Of a stretch of DNA of 64,000 nucleotides, positions 1-9,436 are shown piece by piece (within the stretch, counting starts at the first letter, position 1; each line of letters begins with the position of its first letter). Source of the stretch: Candidatus Undinarchaeota archaeon. GTDB lineage: Archaea > SpSt-1190 > JASMDC01. The notes under the pieces are model-generated. The model had not been told where the DNA came from. It searched no databases and worked only from the letters and a program-made list of their open reading frames with translations. The translations under genes and the position numbers were made by a program. The stretch spans positions 22,229 to 86,228 of the forward strand of contig CAZFHY010000009.1 in NCBI GenBank assembly GCA_964519305.1. Reading direction: 5' to 3'.

Positions 1-1
1 T

Positions 2-259
2 CTCGGACCCATCGTGAAGGTAGGAGTGGACCGCGATGGTAAGTACACCACACCCCAGCTCAATCCTGGACGGTACATCGTCCTCGCCGTTCCTTCCGAG
101 GACGATCTCGGTCGCCCACAGTACAAGGTCTCGGCCAAGGTCCTCATTATCGATGTCGAGACATCCACTACACTTGACATCGAGATGAACCCGCTCCTCA
201 TCGAGAAGGTCGGCGGTAAGATAGAGCACGTCAGCGCCCGCTCTGAGTGCACGGGATGA
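2..259 (+). CDS. C-terminal fragment of a secreted/surface protein (5' end outside window)
   Basis: The frame is open from the window edge to TGA at 257-259. The beta-rich segment 'GRYIVLAVPSEDD' resembles carboxypeptidase-regulatory/Ig-like folds. The stop overlaps the next start (ATGA). Confidence 0.4.
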   Translation, partial: LGPIVKVGVDRDGKYTTPQLNPGRYIVLAVPSEDDLGRPQYKVSAKVLIIDVETSTTLDIEMNPLLIEKVGGKIEHVSARSECTG

Positions 260-1239
260 TGCCCATGGGTCGGTACGCGGCGTGGCGTACGCTGGGCATC
301 CTCGCAATCATCCTTTCTCTGGTAGTCATCGCCGGGGCCGGCCTGCCCCCCTCGCTCGATTATCGCTCCTATGAGCTTTCGCTCTATGTGCGAGCTGACG
401 GGACCTGCCAGGAGCAGATCGATGCCACCTTCATTAACAACGGCACCGAACCGCTGGAGAAGGTGTCGTTCACCGTGGGCAAGGATATCGCGAACCTCAC
501 CGTGACCGCCTCCCGGCCAGTTAGCGTCACCGAGCGCGATGCGAGCTGGGCGCGGATCATCATCATCGCGTTCGACGATCCCGTATCGCCGGGAGAACAG
601 GCCTCGTACACGATCAGGTTCGACACCTCCCAGTTCACACGGATCGTTGGCGACGAGCTGGAGGTGCGCACCACCTACAAGGCCGCATGGCCCATCGCGG
701 ACTTCAGAGCACGGGTCGATCTCCCTCCCGGGTACGTCCTTCCCATAGCAGAGAACGTCACTCAGGTGGCATCGGTGGTCGTACCGGCCGCACGGCTCGA
801 GACCGATGGCAAGCATCTCATCCTCCACTGGGACCAGGGTCCCCTCGACAAGGAAGAGACCATGGACCTCTTCGTGCGTGCCAAACGACCCCCTGCACCG
901 GTCAGCGGGAACACCGCTGATGGTGTATCCATCCTCGTTGCCGGTATCATCGCGGGCGCCTTCGGTTATGCTCTGCTCGTCCACCTTCAAGCAAGACCAT
1001 CGGTCCTCTCCGGGTTCTCCCTTGACGAGCGTATCGTCGTCTGTGAGCTGGCCAAGCACGAGGCCCCCATGAACCAGAACGATCTGTGCAGGGCTCTCGG
1101 GTTCTCCAAGTCCAAGCTCTCGCGGCTCCTGAGCGACCTCGAGGATAAGGACGCGCTCACCAAGGAGCGAGTGGGGGCGGTCAATCGGGTGACCCTCGAC
1201 CGGACGCTCAAGGGGGCGTGCCGGAGGGAATCGGGATGA
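256..1239 (+). CDS. membrane-tethered winged-helix (MarR/TrmB-like) DNA-binding protein with an extracytoplasmic domain
   Basis: ATG 256 overlaps the upstream stop. Layout: N-terminal TM (LGILAIILSLVVIAGAG), a ~190-aa beta-rich ectodomain, a second TM (ILVAGIIAGAFGYALLV), then a C-terminal wHTH 'NQNDLCRALGFSKSKLSRLLSDLEDKDALTKERVG'. Same architecture as 47243-48130. Confidence 0.65.
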   Translation: MMPMGRYAAWRTLGILAIILSLVVIAGAGLPPSLDYRSYELSLYVRADGTCQEQIDATFINNGTEPLEKVSFTVGKDIANLTVTASRPVSVTERDASWARIIIIAFDDPVSPGEQASYTIRFDTSQFTRIVGDELEVRTTYKAAWPIADFRARVDLPPGYVLPIAENVTQVASVVVPAARLETDGKHLILHWDQGPLDKEETMDLFVRAKRPPAPVSGNTADGVSILVAGIIAGAFGYALLVHLQARPSVLSGFSLDERIVVCELAKHEAPMNQNDLCRALGFSKSKLSRLLSDLEDKDALTKERVGAVNRVTLDRTLKGACRRESG

Positions 1240-3959
1240 GCTACCGGACGACAGTCCTCCTCCTGTGCATTCTGTTGTCTCTGGGTACCGCGGTCAACGA
1301 TATCGTCGAGGAGGTGGACGCGACCTCCCTGGGCCTGCTGACGACCACGGTGCGGTACTCGCTATCCCCCGACCAGGTCCGAGGGCTCACCGAGGCCGAT
1401 CTCCGGACACGCTGCGCGACCCTATCTGGTGCTCTTGAGTGCACGGCCTCTTTGGAGAGCACCGCTGTCGTGTTCTCCGTCCTGTCGTACCCACAGCTGG
1501 AAGTGCGCTCTCTGGACATCGGTGAGAACGAGGTGACGGCCGACCTCCTGTTGGATTACACTCCTCTACAGTTCGTCCTTTGCGATGGCCTGCGCGCGGG
1601 GCCGCGTTCGCTCTCGATCCGATATCCGAGCCATAGAACAACGTTCAGCAGCGTGCGGGGTATCGCCTATCGTACATCATTCGCCACCCGCCTCGAGCGT
1701 CGACCTCTCGGGGTCGGCCTGCATAAGACCGAGTACACCCTCGGCGAGCCCATCCCTCTCCCCCGACTTGGAGGAAGGCTCTGTGCGGCCCACGTGGACA
1801 TGGTAGAGGGCGAGGGGGCCCTGACCACATACAGGTGTTCGAACCACACGCTGACCCTCCCTCCAGAGCTCCAGCCCGGCACACACACACTGACGATCAC
1901 GCGCCTGGAATCCAATACCGCCTACGTCGCCAAGTTCTCCACTCGGTTCCGCGCGGCCGAGCTCGACCTTGCCCTGAGGCTCAAGGATGACCGTGCTGCC
2001 CTGGGTGAGCCGATCAACCTGACCGTGACGTCCTCCGAGGAGCTCACAGGGTGCTCTGTCCACATCCTCGACCGGCATGGTGTGTCGGTCGATGCCGTGA
2101 CCTACGCGGCATGCGACACCGTGATGCTCGGCACGCAACCCTCCTGGGAGCCTGGTGAGTACGTGGTCCGGCTCCGCGGGTTCGCCGGACGCGTCTCCGG
2201 TGTGGCCTCGATACGTGTCGTGCTCGAGGACACCGGGCTCAAGGATGCCGAGCTCGCTCTGGAGAAGCAGACATACGAGCCTGGTGAGGACATCAAGCCC
2301 GCGATCGATGTCCCGGGCGCGACGGGCAAGGAGCGCACCGTCACGGACCTTGTGGACACCTCGGGCGAGAGCATCGACAGCCAGGAAGTGGACGGTCTCG
2401 ATGGAACGGTCATCCCCATCACACCGGACACTCCGCCAGGTGATTACGTTATCAGGACCAAGGTGTACGATGATGAGGGTGTGGTCGCCGTGGCCTCCCG
2501 GGCGATCCACGTGACAGAATGGCAACCCGCATCACGCAGGTCAGCGCTCTGCCCGCGGGGCAGCCTCTCCGTGGATGACGCCTCCATCGCATGCATCGCT
2601 GAGGGCAACGTGTGCGTACCGACATCGAGCGATGTCCCCGTATGCCTCTGCTTCAACGAGGAGGGGGATCCCGCACACGTATGCTCGTTCGGCCAGCGGT
2701 GCGCTGCGGACGGGTGTGCGGGCGGACCCGAATCACCCTACACCATCGTGTTCGAGCAGTCCAGGTGTCGTGCCAGACGAGGCATAACTACGCTCCCCTG
2801 CATCGGCCAGGGCGAGGTATGCTTCGGCAACTGTGTTTGCCTTGATGAGAACAACGTCCCGCTCTCGCCATGCAACACCGGAGACGTATGCACTCCCTCG
2901 GGCTGCGAGGACGCCGGTATCGTGCTCCGGCTCGACGCCATGACACCAGGCTATACTGGAGTTGACGAACTCGAGGACGGTATCAAGGTCACCTGGACCG
3001 GTTTCCTGAAGCGTGGTGACCGGTTCCTGGGAAGTATGGCCACACGCGACATCAATATCACGGCCAAGCTCGGCTCCCTCAAGGCCGAAGAGACCGGTTT
3101 CGAACACGTGTCTCTTGACAAGGGCTGGCTGTTCTGGGCAAGGTTCGCCGGCTCGATCCCTCCCGGTCACTCCACCCTTTTCCTCATCATAAGATACGAG
3201 AACGACACGGTCCACGTGGTCCGTCGGCCTTTCGCACTGCACTTCCCGGCCGACGAGCGCGGTCTGAACGTGTCAATTGACGTGCTCACGCCCCAGATGG
3301 TCAGCCTGGAGAGCTTGCGCATCGGTACCGCGGTCCGGGTGACCGCTGAAGTGCGGGATGACATGGGAGAGCCCGTCATGGACCTCGCCACCGAGGAGTT
3401 CACCCTCACTCTGGGAGCAGTCAAGGCGCGCTCCCTCTCTGCCCAGTTCGAGCCCGCGAGCAAACGTTGGCGCGTTGTGGGCACTCTTGAAGGCAAGGTC
3501 GCCGCGGATAAGCTCAGCCTCGAGATCGACTCGCTCGGCCGCAAGGCTTCAGCGTCGAGCCCACTCTCGGTCGTCGAGCATCTGCCGCTGACGTTGGAGA
3601 TGAGCCGCATCAGGCCGGGCACTGGTGATAATCCGCTTTATTCCATCCTCCTGGGCATCGGGTTCAACATGGACATCCATCTCGACCTAGAGGGGGCCGA
3701 TCTGGTGAGGGAGGAGGACTTCAAGGTGAGCATCGGCGAGCGGGACGTGACGTCGTCGCTGGCGTACATCATGTCGACACCCTCCGGTGTTCGGCTCCAC
3801 CTGTCCCGTGTGAAGCTCTGTCCTGACGCACCAAGACCTGGTGATCCTGTACCGGTCGAAGTGTCAGTGACGTCAGATGGCGTAACGGTCAGGGACCGTA
3901 TCTACATCACCGTCCAGGGGAATCCCGGCGCGTGGTCTGATACCGCCAGCGTGTGCTAG
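1236..3959 (+). CDS. large secreted multi-domain (Ig-like/beta-sandwich) protein with a Cys-rich module
   Basis: ATG 1236 overlaps the upstream stop (ATGA). Signal-like N-terminus TTVLLLCILLSLGTAVN, long uninterrupted ORF, and a Cys-dense stretch encoded around nt 2550-2915. Confidence 0.7.
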   Translation: MSYRTTVLLLCILLSLGTAVNDIVEEVDATSLGLLTTTVRYSLSPDQVRGLTEADLRTRCATLSGALECTASLESTAVVFSVLSYPQLEVRSLDIGENEVTADLLLDYTPLQFVLCDGLRAGPRSLSIRYPSHRTTFSSVRGIAYRTSFATRLERRPLGVGLHKTEYTLGEPIPLPRLGGRLCAAHVDMVEGEGALTTYRCSNHTLTLPPELQPGTHTLTITRLESNTAYVAKFSTRFRAAELDLALRLKDDRAALGEPINLTVTSSEELTGCSVHILDRHGVSVDAVTYAACDTVMLGTQPSWEPGEYVVRLRGFAGRVSGVASIRVVLEDTGLKDAELALEKQTYEPGEDIKPAIDVPGATGKERTVTDLVDTSGESIDSQEVDGLDGTVIPITPDTPPGDYVIRTKVYDDEGVVAVASRAIHVTEWQPASRRSALCPRGSLSVDDASIACIAEGNVCVPTSSDVPVCLCFNEEGDPAHVCSFGQRCAADGCAGGPESPYTIVFEQSRCRARRGITTLPCIGQGEVCFGNCVCLDENNVPLSPCNTGDVCTPSGCEDAGIVLRLDAMTPGYTGVDELEDGIKVTWTGFLKRGDRFLGSMATRDINITAKLGSLKAEETGFEHVSLDKGWLFWARFAGSIPPGHSTLFLIIRYENDTVHVVRRPFALHFPADERGLNVSIDVLTPQMVSLESLRIGTAVRVTAEVRDDMGEPVMDLATEEFTLTLGAVKARSLSAQFEPASKRWRVVGTLEGKVAADKLSLEIDSLGRKASASSPLSVVEHLPLTLEMSRIRPGTGDNPLYSILLGIGFNMDIHLDLEGADLVREEDFKVSIGERDVTSSLAYIMSTPSGVRLHLSRVKLCPDAPRPGDPVPVEVSVTSDGVTVRDRIYITVQGNPGAWSDTASVC

Positions 3960-3998
3960 TTGGACTACCGGGCGTCAATGCCCTTGATAAGGAAGTGC

Positions 3999-4023
3999 GG
4001 GGCGGCCGCGAGGACCGCCCCGG
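3999..4023. terminator. GC-rich hairpin between convergent genes
   Basis: Perfect 8-bp stem cggggcgg / ccgccccg with a 9-nt loop, lying between the 3' ends of 1236-3959(+) and 4039-4803(-). Confidence 0.4.
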
Positions 4024-4038
4024 TAATCTGTCGTTCGC

Positions 4039-4803
4039 TCACTCGTCACGGGGGCCGAATATGGCTTCCATGACGTTGATCTGCTGCTCCTTGTGCGAGC
4101 GCATATCTTCGAGCTTGGCCTCCTGACGGCCCTTGTACCACTTGCCGAACAGGGGGACCTTGCCGAAGAAGTCATTATCGATCTTCTCCTGGCGCGAGCT
4201 CACGTCCGATTCGAGCTTCCCTCGCATCTCACCGTACAGCTCGCCGCTGTCTAGGCCGAAGACCTCCGCGGTGTTCCCATGGCGGTCGACATAGCCGTCG
4301 AAGGAGTCGATCAGTTCGTAGGCAACGGCGGCAGCGCCGGCGCTGTCCACGGCGACCTTCACGCCGCTCAGGTCCTCGATACCGTCGATGTTCTCAGTGA
4401 GCTTATCCCGAGGGCTGCCGTACTCGGCATCGATGGAGTACTTCTCAGTCAACCGGGTCCAGTAGGGGCCGGTGTTCTCGCTCTCCAGCGTCTCGGTCTT
4501 CACGAGATCATAGGCTACGTGGCGGTAGCCGATGATCATTTGCGAGTCGAACTTGGCATGGATACCCTCTTCCTTGCAGGTCCTCTTGATCCCCATGGCC
4601 TTCCCATCGAACTCCTCCTTCATGGGGCCCTTCACAGGGAATGTGAAACCCCTCGCGGTGTCGTAGGTCCCGACACCCTCGTAGTGGTTCTCCAGGCCAG
4701 CCTCGCTGGCCACGGCCTCGCCGACAGCGCCCAACACGTTATACGTGCCACCGCTTACATCGAACTCGTAGGGCATTAGAATATCTTCAGCTTCACCGAT
4801 CAT
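4039..4803 (-). CDS. hypothetical cytoplasmic protein
   Basis: 254-aa ORF with coding-like composition and no TM segment. An AT-rich promoter island (ttaatatagg, about 4836-4846) lies upstream. No family recognised. Confidence 0.55.
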   Translation of the reverse strand: MIGEAEDILMPYEFDVSGGTYNVLGAVGEAVASEAGLENHYEGVGTYDTARGFTFPVKGPMKEEFDGKAMGIKRTCKEEGIHAKFDSQMIIGYRHVAYDLVKTETLESENTGPYWTRLTEKYSIDAEYGSPRDKLTENIDGIEDLSGVKVAVDSAGAAAVAYELIDSFDGYVDRHGNTAEVFGLDSGELYGEMRGKLESDVSSRQEKIDNDFFGKVPLFGKWYKGRQEAKLEDMRSHKEQQINVMEAIFGPRDE

Positions 4804-4941
4804 ACATCGTCACCTAGTTCCCGAGGGCCTATTAAGGGTTAATATAGGTACCCTTTGGGTCCGAACGTGCGACAGTATGGCATCACGCCGTACCCGTTAT
4901 CCACTGCTACCTCACTGGAGAGTGACACCCCCATAGAAAGG

Positions 4942-4949
4942 TTTATAAT
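4942..4949 (+). promoter_or_regulatory. TATA box (tttataat) with purine-rich BRE (agaaagg) for the RecJ-like gene
   Basis: An AT island in a GC-rich background, centred about 28 nt upstream of ATG 4974. This implies a leaderless or near-leaderless mRNA. Confidence 0.55.
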
Positions 4950-4973
4950 CCGGGGACCTCGCTGCGGACACTC

Positions 4974-7295
4974 ATGGTCCTAGGTGCCGATGGGGTGGAT
5001 CGCCATAAATTACGCGAATACACCCAGAACGAGAAAGCTCAAGCCTTCCTTGCAGAGGCCGAGGAGCTGGGGAGGGACATCGTGTCCCAGGCCCGGACCT
5101 CAGAGCGTCTTCTCGTCGTGCACCACTCGTCGGACGTGGACGGTCGGACATCCGGTGTCATCGCTGAGGAGATCGGCAACATGCTGGGCCTCGAGGTGGA
5201 GACGCTGGGCGTTCCGCAGCTCAGCAACACCGAGATCTCCAAGCTGAGCGAGACCATCGACGAGTACCATCCCGACATGATCCTCTTCACTGACATCGGT
5301 TCAGGATACAAGCGGCTCTTGGACGAGGCCGAGGTCGACAACTGCGGCGCGGACGTGTACATCTTCGATCACCACCCGCCCATGGGACCCGACAGCACCT
5401 TCAAGGAGCTGAACCCTGCCAACTTCGGTATGGACGGCGGCGAGTCCTGCAGCGGGGCGACAATCGCATACTCCGTTGCTGAGTCGGTGTACGACGCGCT
5501 CCCCGCCCGCAAGCAGAGCGCGTACAAGAAGGACCTTGAGGAACGCAACATCAAGGTCGGCGACCCGAACGAGCCGGTGATGAGCGTGCTGGGACCGGCG
5601 GCCATGATCGGAGCGCGCGTGGACGGCACCAGTCCCAACGGCGAGGTGAACGCCGCTGTGTTCCAGAAGGCCACCGAGGAGCAACTCGTGACGCCCATAT
5701 CCTGGCCATTCTATGGATTCCACCGTCGCAATATCGTCACATCCCTGGCTGGCAGCGACCGGCCCGTCCTCGAAGGTATCTCCGGGGACGATAAGGGCGC
5801 ACGCGCGTTCGCCAAGGAGCTGGGGCTACACACCACCTACACACCCGCGCGTATGAGCAAGGGTGAGCGGGACCTTGTGCTCGGCTCCATCTCCGAACTC
5901 ATCGAGCAGTCCGGCGCTTCCAAGGCGTTCCAGAAGTACCAGCAGTCACAGCTCTTCGATCGCTCGTACGTGCTCGGCGAGTTCGAGGGTACAGAGATCG
6001 GCACGCTGGGCGAGTTCGGTTCCATGCTCACTGCCTGCACCAAGTTCGGCGCCACGCCCGAGGAGAAGGAGGCCAACCGCGAGCTGGCCAAGAAGGTGCT
6101 CCTGGGCGAGCGCGGCGAGACCTTGGAGAAGGCCGACGAGGTCTGGCACAGCTACCGCAGGATCCTTCGGGACGGTCTGGTGAAGACCTTCGGCAAGATC
6201 AAATTCGACGCATTCCACAAGGACGAGGTCGAGCTCAAGGACGGCGAGAACCACTTCGTATCCTCGACCTTCTATTACAAGGGCGCCGACCCGTCCACCA
6301 TGGGCGTCATGGCCTCCATGGCCCTGGGGACCGCGAACTTCAAGGAGGACGCTTTCCGCAAGCTCCCCATTATCGCCTATACCTATGTCAAGGGCGCCAC
6401 CGACGAGGAGTCGTTCTTCAAGTTCTCCGGACGCTCGTTCGACTACCTCACGGGCGCGGGGCTCGACATCGGCGAGGCCATGAACAAGGCGGCCGAATCC
6501 GTGGGCGGTATCGGTGGAGGCCACGCTGTCGCTGCGGGTGCCAGCATACCTCGTGCGGGATGGAAGGACTTCCTGACCGAGCTGAACCAGACCATCGGCG
6601 AGCAGCTGGAGGATTACATCCTCAACGGCTACAAGCTCCTGCCCAAGCACGAGGAGGCTCTCCTCAAGGACACGGAGTTCGATCGGAGGATGCCCAGCTT
6701 CTTCCAGACGTCCGGTGCCTGGAGCCAGACCCTGACCAAGGGCAACGTCGCTTACGCTCTCGAGACATCCAACGGTACGCAGCTTGGGGCCAAGAAGGGC
6801 ATGTACCAGCTCCTTGCCACCAGGGACGAGGGCCATGTGGAGCACCACTTCACCGCCTACAACACGTTCCGAGATCCGGTCATGGTGAGCGCCAAGGGCC
6901 AGTTCGATGCCAAGGCCGACTATACCGGCTGGGCCGAGAACATCGGAGAGGACGGCAGATCAGGCGTGGAGGCCACTATCGAGCAGAGCGTCTACAACTC
7001 TCTCGAAACGAAGGGGTACAAGATCGAGCGTGACGGCACCTCGACGAAGCTCGTGTCCCCCGGCCAGAACAAGTACGTCCTGGACACCCAGCTCTCCGAA
7101 GGCTACTGTCGCGTCAACCTCGACCAGCTGCAGACCGATGAGAAGCAGCTCACTCAGGACGTCGCCGTCATGATGCGGGAGGTTCGCGACTCGTACCGGT
7201 CGGCCGTGAAGGACGCCTACAACGGTCCGCTCTTCGCTTCCTACCAGCTGGAAGCGCTGGACACGCCCGGTGACGCGCCCCAGGTAGAGGCATAG
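4974..7295 (+). CDS. DHH/DHHA1 phosphoesterase, archaeal RecJ/Cdc45-like, with a long C-terminal extension
   Basis: DHH-type motifs 'VVHHSSDVDG', 'DIGSG', 'IFDHHPP' and the DHHA1 motif 'GGIGGGHAVAAGASIP'. About 220 extra C-terminal residues have no recognised motif. Confidence 0.7.
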   Translation: MVLGADGVDRHKLREYTQNEKAQAFLAEAEELGRDIVSQARTSERLLVVHHSSDVDGRTSGVIAEEIGNMLGLEVETLGVPQLSNTEISKLSETIDEYHPDMILFTDIGSGYKRLLDEAEVDNCGADVYIFDHHPPMGPDSTFKELNPANFGMDGGESCSGATIAYSVAESVYDALPARKQSAYKKDLEERNIKVGDPNEPVMSVLGPAAMIGARVDGTSPNGEVNAAVFQKATEEQLVTPISWPFYGFHRRNIVTSLAGSDRPVLEGISGDDKGARAFAKELGLHTTYTPARMSKGERDLVLGSISELIEQSGASKAFQKYQQSQLFDRSYVLGEFEGTEIGTLGEFGSMLTACTKFGATPEEKEANRELAKKVLLGERGETLEKADEVWHSYRRILRDGLVKTFGKIKFDAFHKDEVELKDGENHFVSSTFYYKGADPSTMGVMASMALGTANFKEDAFRKLPIIAYTYVKGATDEESFFKFSGRSFDYLTGAGLDIGEAMNKAAESVGGIGGGHAVAAGASIPRAGWKDFLTELNQTIGEQLEDYILNGYKLLPKHEEALLKDTEFDRRMPSFFQTSGAWSQTLTKGNVAYALETSNGTQLGAKKGMYQLLATRDEGHVEHHFTAYNTFRDPVMVSAKGQFDAKADYTGWAENIGEDGRSGVEATIEQSVYNSLETKGYKIERDGTSTKLVSPGQNKYVLDTQLSEGYCRVNLDQLQTDEKQLTQDVAVMMREVRDSYRSAVKDAYNGPLFASYQLEALDTPGDAPQVEA

Positions 7296-7308
7296 ACGAG
7301 CTTTCGTC

Positions 7309-8505
7309 CTATCCCAGCGGGCAGCCGCCGGTCCGTCCGTGGGGCCGACACAAACGTAGCATGCACATAGCCATCACTGCCGCTCCGCGGGCCAGGCCGT
7401 CGTCCACGATAGTTATGTCCGGGACACGCTCACGCAGGAGCTCTGGTTTGGCACCGGTCGTGGCCCCGCGGCCCGTGATCCCGATACCATCGGGCACGGT
7501 CATACCCGACTCTTTCACAGCGGTGAGCAATCCGTCGAACAACCGCACAGATAGTCCGTCGAGCACGCACGAGAGATGGCCAGGAGCAACATCTCGGCAA
7601 GCGGCCGTTATCGCGTCAAGGTCGGCATCGCATCCGATGACCGTCACCCCTGCACGCGAGGCGGCAGCAGGATCGACGGGGACGGTCCCAACGCGGTCTC
7701 CTGTGCGCACGGGGCCGATATCCACCAGTTCCATGATGCCTTCCGAGTGTCTGTCCGTCCGTCCCGGACGCACCGGGACGTCCATCGCTGAAGTGAACCC
7801 GCACCCCAGAGCCACGGCGTCGAGGATGCCGCCCGCAAGGCCTGCAAAGGTGGCCACGGTCCTGCGTTCATCATCGATAAGACGACCGGCCAGGGTCGTA
7901 CCGAAGTCCAGGGCAAGGTAGGGATTGCGGAACGGGCCTCCGTTCGCCCGGGCATGGTCTTTAAGCCCCGCGGTCACAAGCTCTCCCTCCATCTCGTTGG
8001 CGGCCACGGGCTCTCCCGGTGGGAGCGTGCCAGCGACCGTTCCTGTGAAGGTCGAGCTGTCGATGATGGAGTGAGAGCGGAGCCGGGGTGCGAGGTTCTC
8101 GGCAGAGAGCGGCGCGATCATCTGACGCGGTTCGACACCTGCGGCAAGGCATGCATCGGCCATGGCCTTGATCAGGGTTCCCACCTCATCGGGCGAGGAG
8201 AATCCTGCGGTAACGCCCGTCGACCTCACGACGAAGTCCAGGTCACGTGCTGAGAGCCGGGCCTGGAGCAGCGATGTGTTGATCGAGCGGCGAATAATGT
8301 CCTTCACTCCGTCCTCGGTGATAGCGTACCCCCATACGGTACGGGCGAAGCCTTCCTTGGCCGCGATTGACCGGGTCCGGTCCACGTGCCGGGCCGCCAC
8401 GCGGGAGGTACCGTTATCAAGGTCCGTCTCCACGAGGATACATTTGGTCGTCGTGTTCCCCAGCTCCACCGAGAGCACACGCAGGGGCTTGGAGGAGAGG
8501 GCCAT
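7309..8505 (-). CDS. actin-fold (ASKHA-like) ATPase-type protein, third gene of the MtrA/MtrH-like operon
   Basis: 'VELGNTTTKCILVE' and 'ALDFGTTLAG' resemble ASKHA phosphate-binding motifs. There is a C-terminal CX4CX8C. The ATG lies 4 nt after the mtrH-like stop. The family assignment is tentative. Confidence 0.45.
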   Translation of the reverse strand: MALSSKPLRVLSVELGNTTTKCILVETDLDNGTSRVAARHVDRTRSIAAKEGFARTVWGYAITEDGVKDIIRRSINTSLLQARLSARDLDFVVRSTGVTAGFSSPDEVGTLIKAMADACLAAGVEPRQMIAPLSAENLAPRLRSHSIIDSSTFTGTVAGTLPPGEPVAANEMEGELVTAGLKDHARANGGPFRNPYLALDFGTTLAGRLIDDERRTVATFAGLAGGILDAVALGCGFTSAMDVPVRPGRTDRHSEGIMELVDIGPVRTGDRVGTVPVDPAAASRAGVTVIGCDADLDAITAACRDVAPGHLSCVLDGLSVRLFDGLLTAVKESGMTVPDGIGITGRGATTGAKPELLRERVPDITIVDDGLARGAAVMAMCMLRLCRPHGRTGGCPLG

Positions 8506-8509
8506 GAAG

Positions 8510-9436
8510 CTATCCGACCAGTTCCGTGAAGGTCCGGTTCTTGGAGATGTCCGTACCGAGCTCCTGGGCCGCGTCGGCCACTATGGCATCCGCCACGGCA
8601 ACGGCCGGGAACACGTGCGGCGCGTGCTCGATCGGACCGTAGAGCAGGTAATCGGCGCACATGGCGACCTGGAGCACGTTGGTAGCGACATCTACGCAGT
8701 CCTTTACCTTCCGGTCCTTATCGCTGAGCCAGGGGAGCGAGGCAGGAGCGTTGTGGATGCCCGAGCCCACAGGGTGTCCCCACTTTGCCTTGGCGGCCAG
8801 AGCAGTGCGCACCGCCACACCGGCGCCATTGCCGATAGGCGTCACTGCCGGGTCCACGAGCACTTTTGTGATGCCCGCGGCCGACGCCAGGTCCAGTAGT
8901 CCGGTATCCGTGACATCACCCCCGTCCTCAAGCAGCTTGAGCCGCCCGTTCAGACCGGAATCCTTGGGATTGAAGGCGAGCACGATGGCGCAGCTCACAC
9001 CGGACGAACGCAGCGCCTCGATCTCTTCATCCGTGACGGTCAGGTTGAGCGAATTATAGACTATGCGGTCGATAGCGCCCGCCTCGACCGCCCAGCGCAC
9101 GCCAGCTAGCCGTACGTCGAGCGACGGGCTGTCCACCAGCAGCGGACCCGTGGTGGCGTCGGCAGCGAAGTTGAGGTAGTTCTCCATTGCCTCGGAGTGG
9201 GCTGCGAAAACATGGAGGAGGGCCGGATTGCCCGTTTCCTCCGCAGCGGCCTCGTGTGCAGCTACCAGCTTCTTGGCACGCTTCTTATCGAAGTCGCCCT
9301 GCTTCATGTCATGGACGATATCGTGACCCTCGTAGAAGATGGTCGCGGCAAGTGCCGTGGGGTGTTCCCCCGGCTGACCGCCGATGGTCGCACCGGCCAC
9401 CTCGATCGTCCGCTGTTCAGTCTGGAACCTTAACAT
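8510..9436 (-). CDS. mtrH-like: MtrH/MtxH-like methyltransferase (tetrahydromethanopterin S-methyltransferase subunit H family)
   Basis: Full-length resemblance to MtrH (pterin-binding TIM-barrel-like; 'GGQPGEHP', 'VDPAVTPIG', 'GIHNAP'). I prefer the ATG at 9436, which overlaps the upstream stop as ATGTTAA, over the longer track ORF. Confidence 0.75.
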   Translation of the reverse strand: MLRFQTEQRTIEVAGATIGGQPGEHPTALAATIFYEGHDIVHDMKQGDFDKKRAKKLVAAHEAAAEETGNPALLHVFAAHSEAMENYLNFAADATTGPLLVDSPSLDVRLAGVRWAVEAGAIDRIVYNSLNLTVTDEEIEALRSSGVSCAIVLAFNPKDSGLNGRLKLLEDGGDVTDTGLLDLASAAGITKVLVDPAVTPIGNGAGVAVRTALAAKAKWGHPVGSGIHNAPASLPWLSDKDRKVKDCVDVATNVLQVAMCADYLLYGPIEHAPHVFPAVAVADAIVADAAQELGTDISKNRTFTELVG

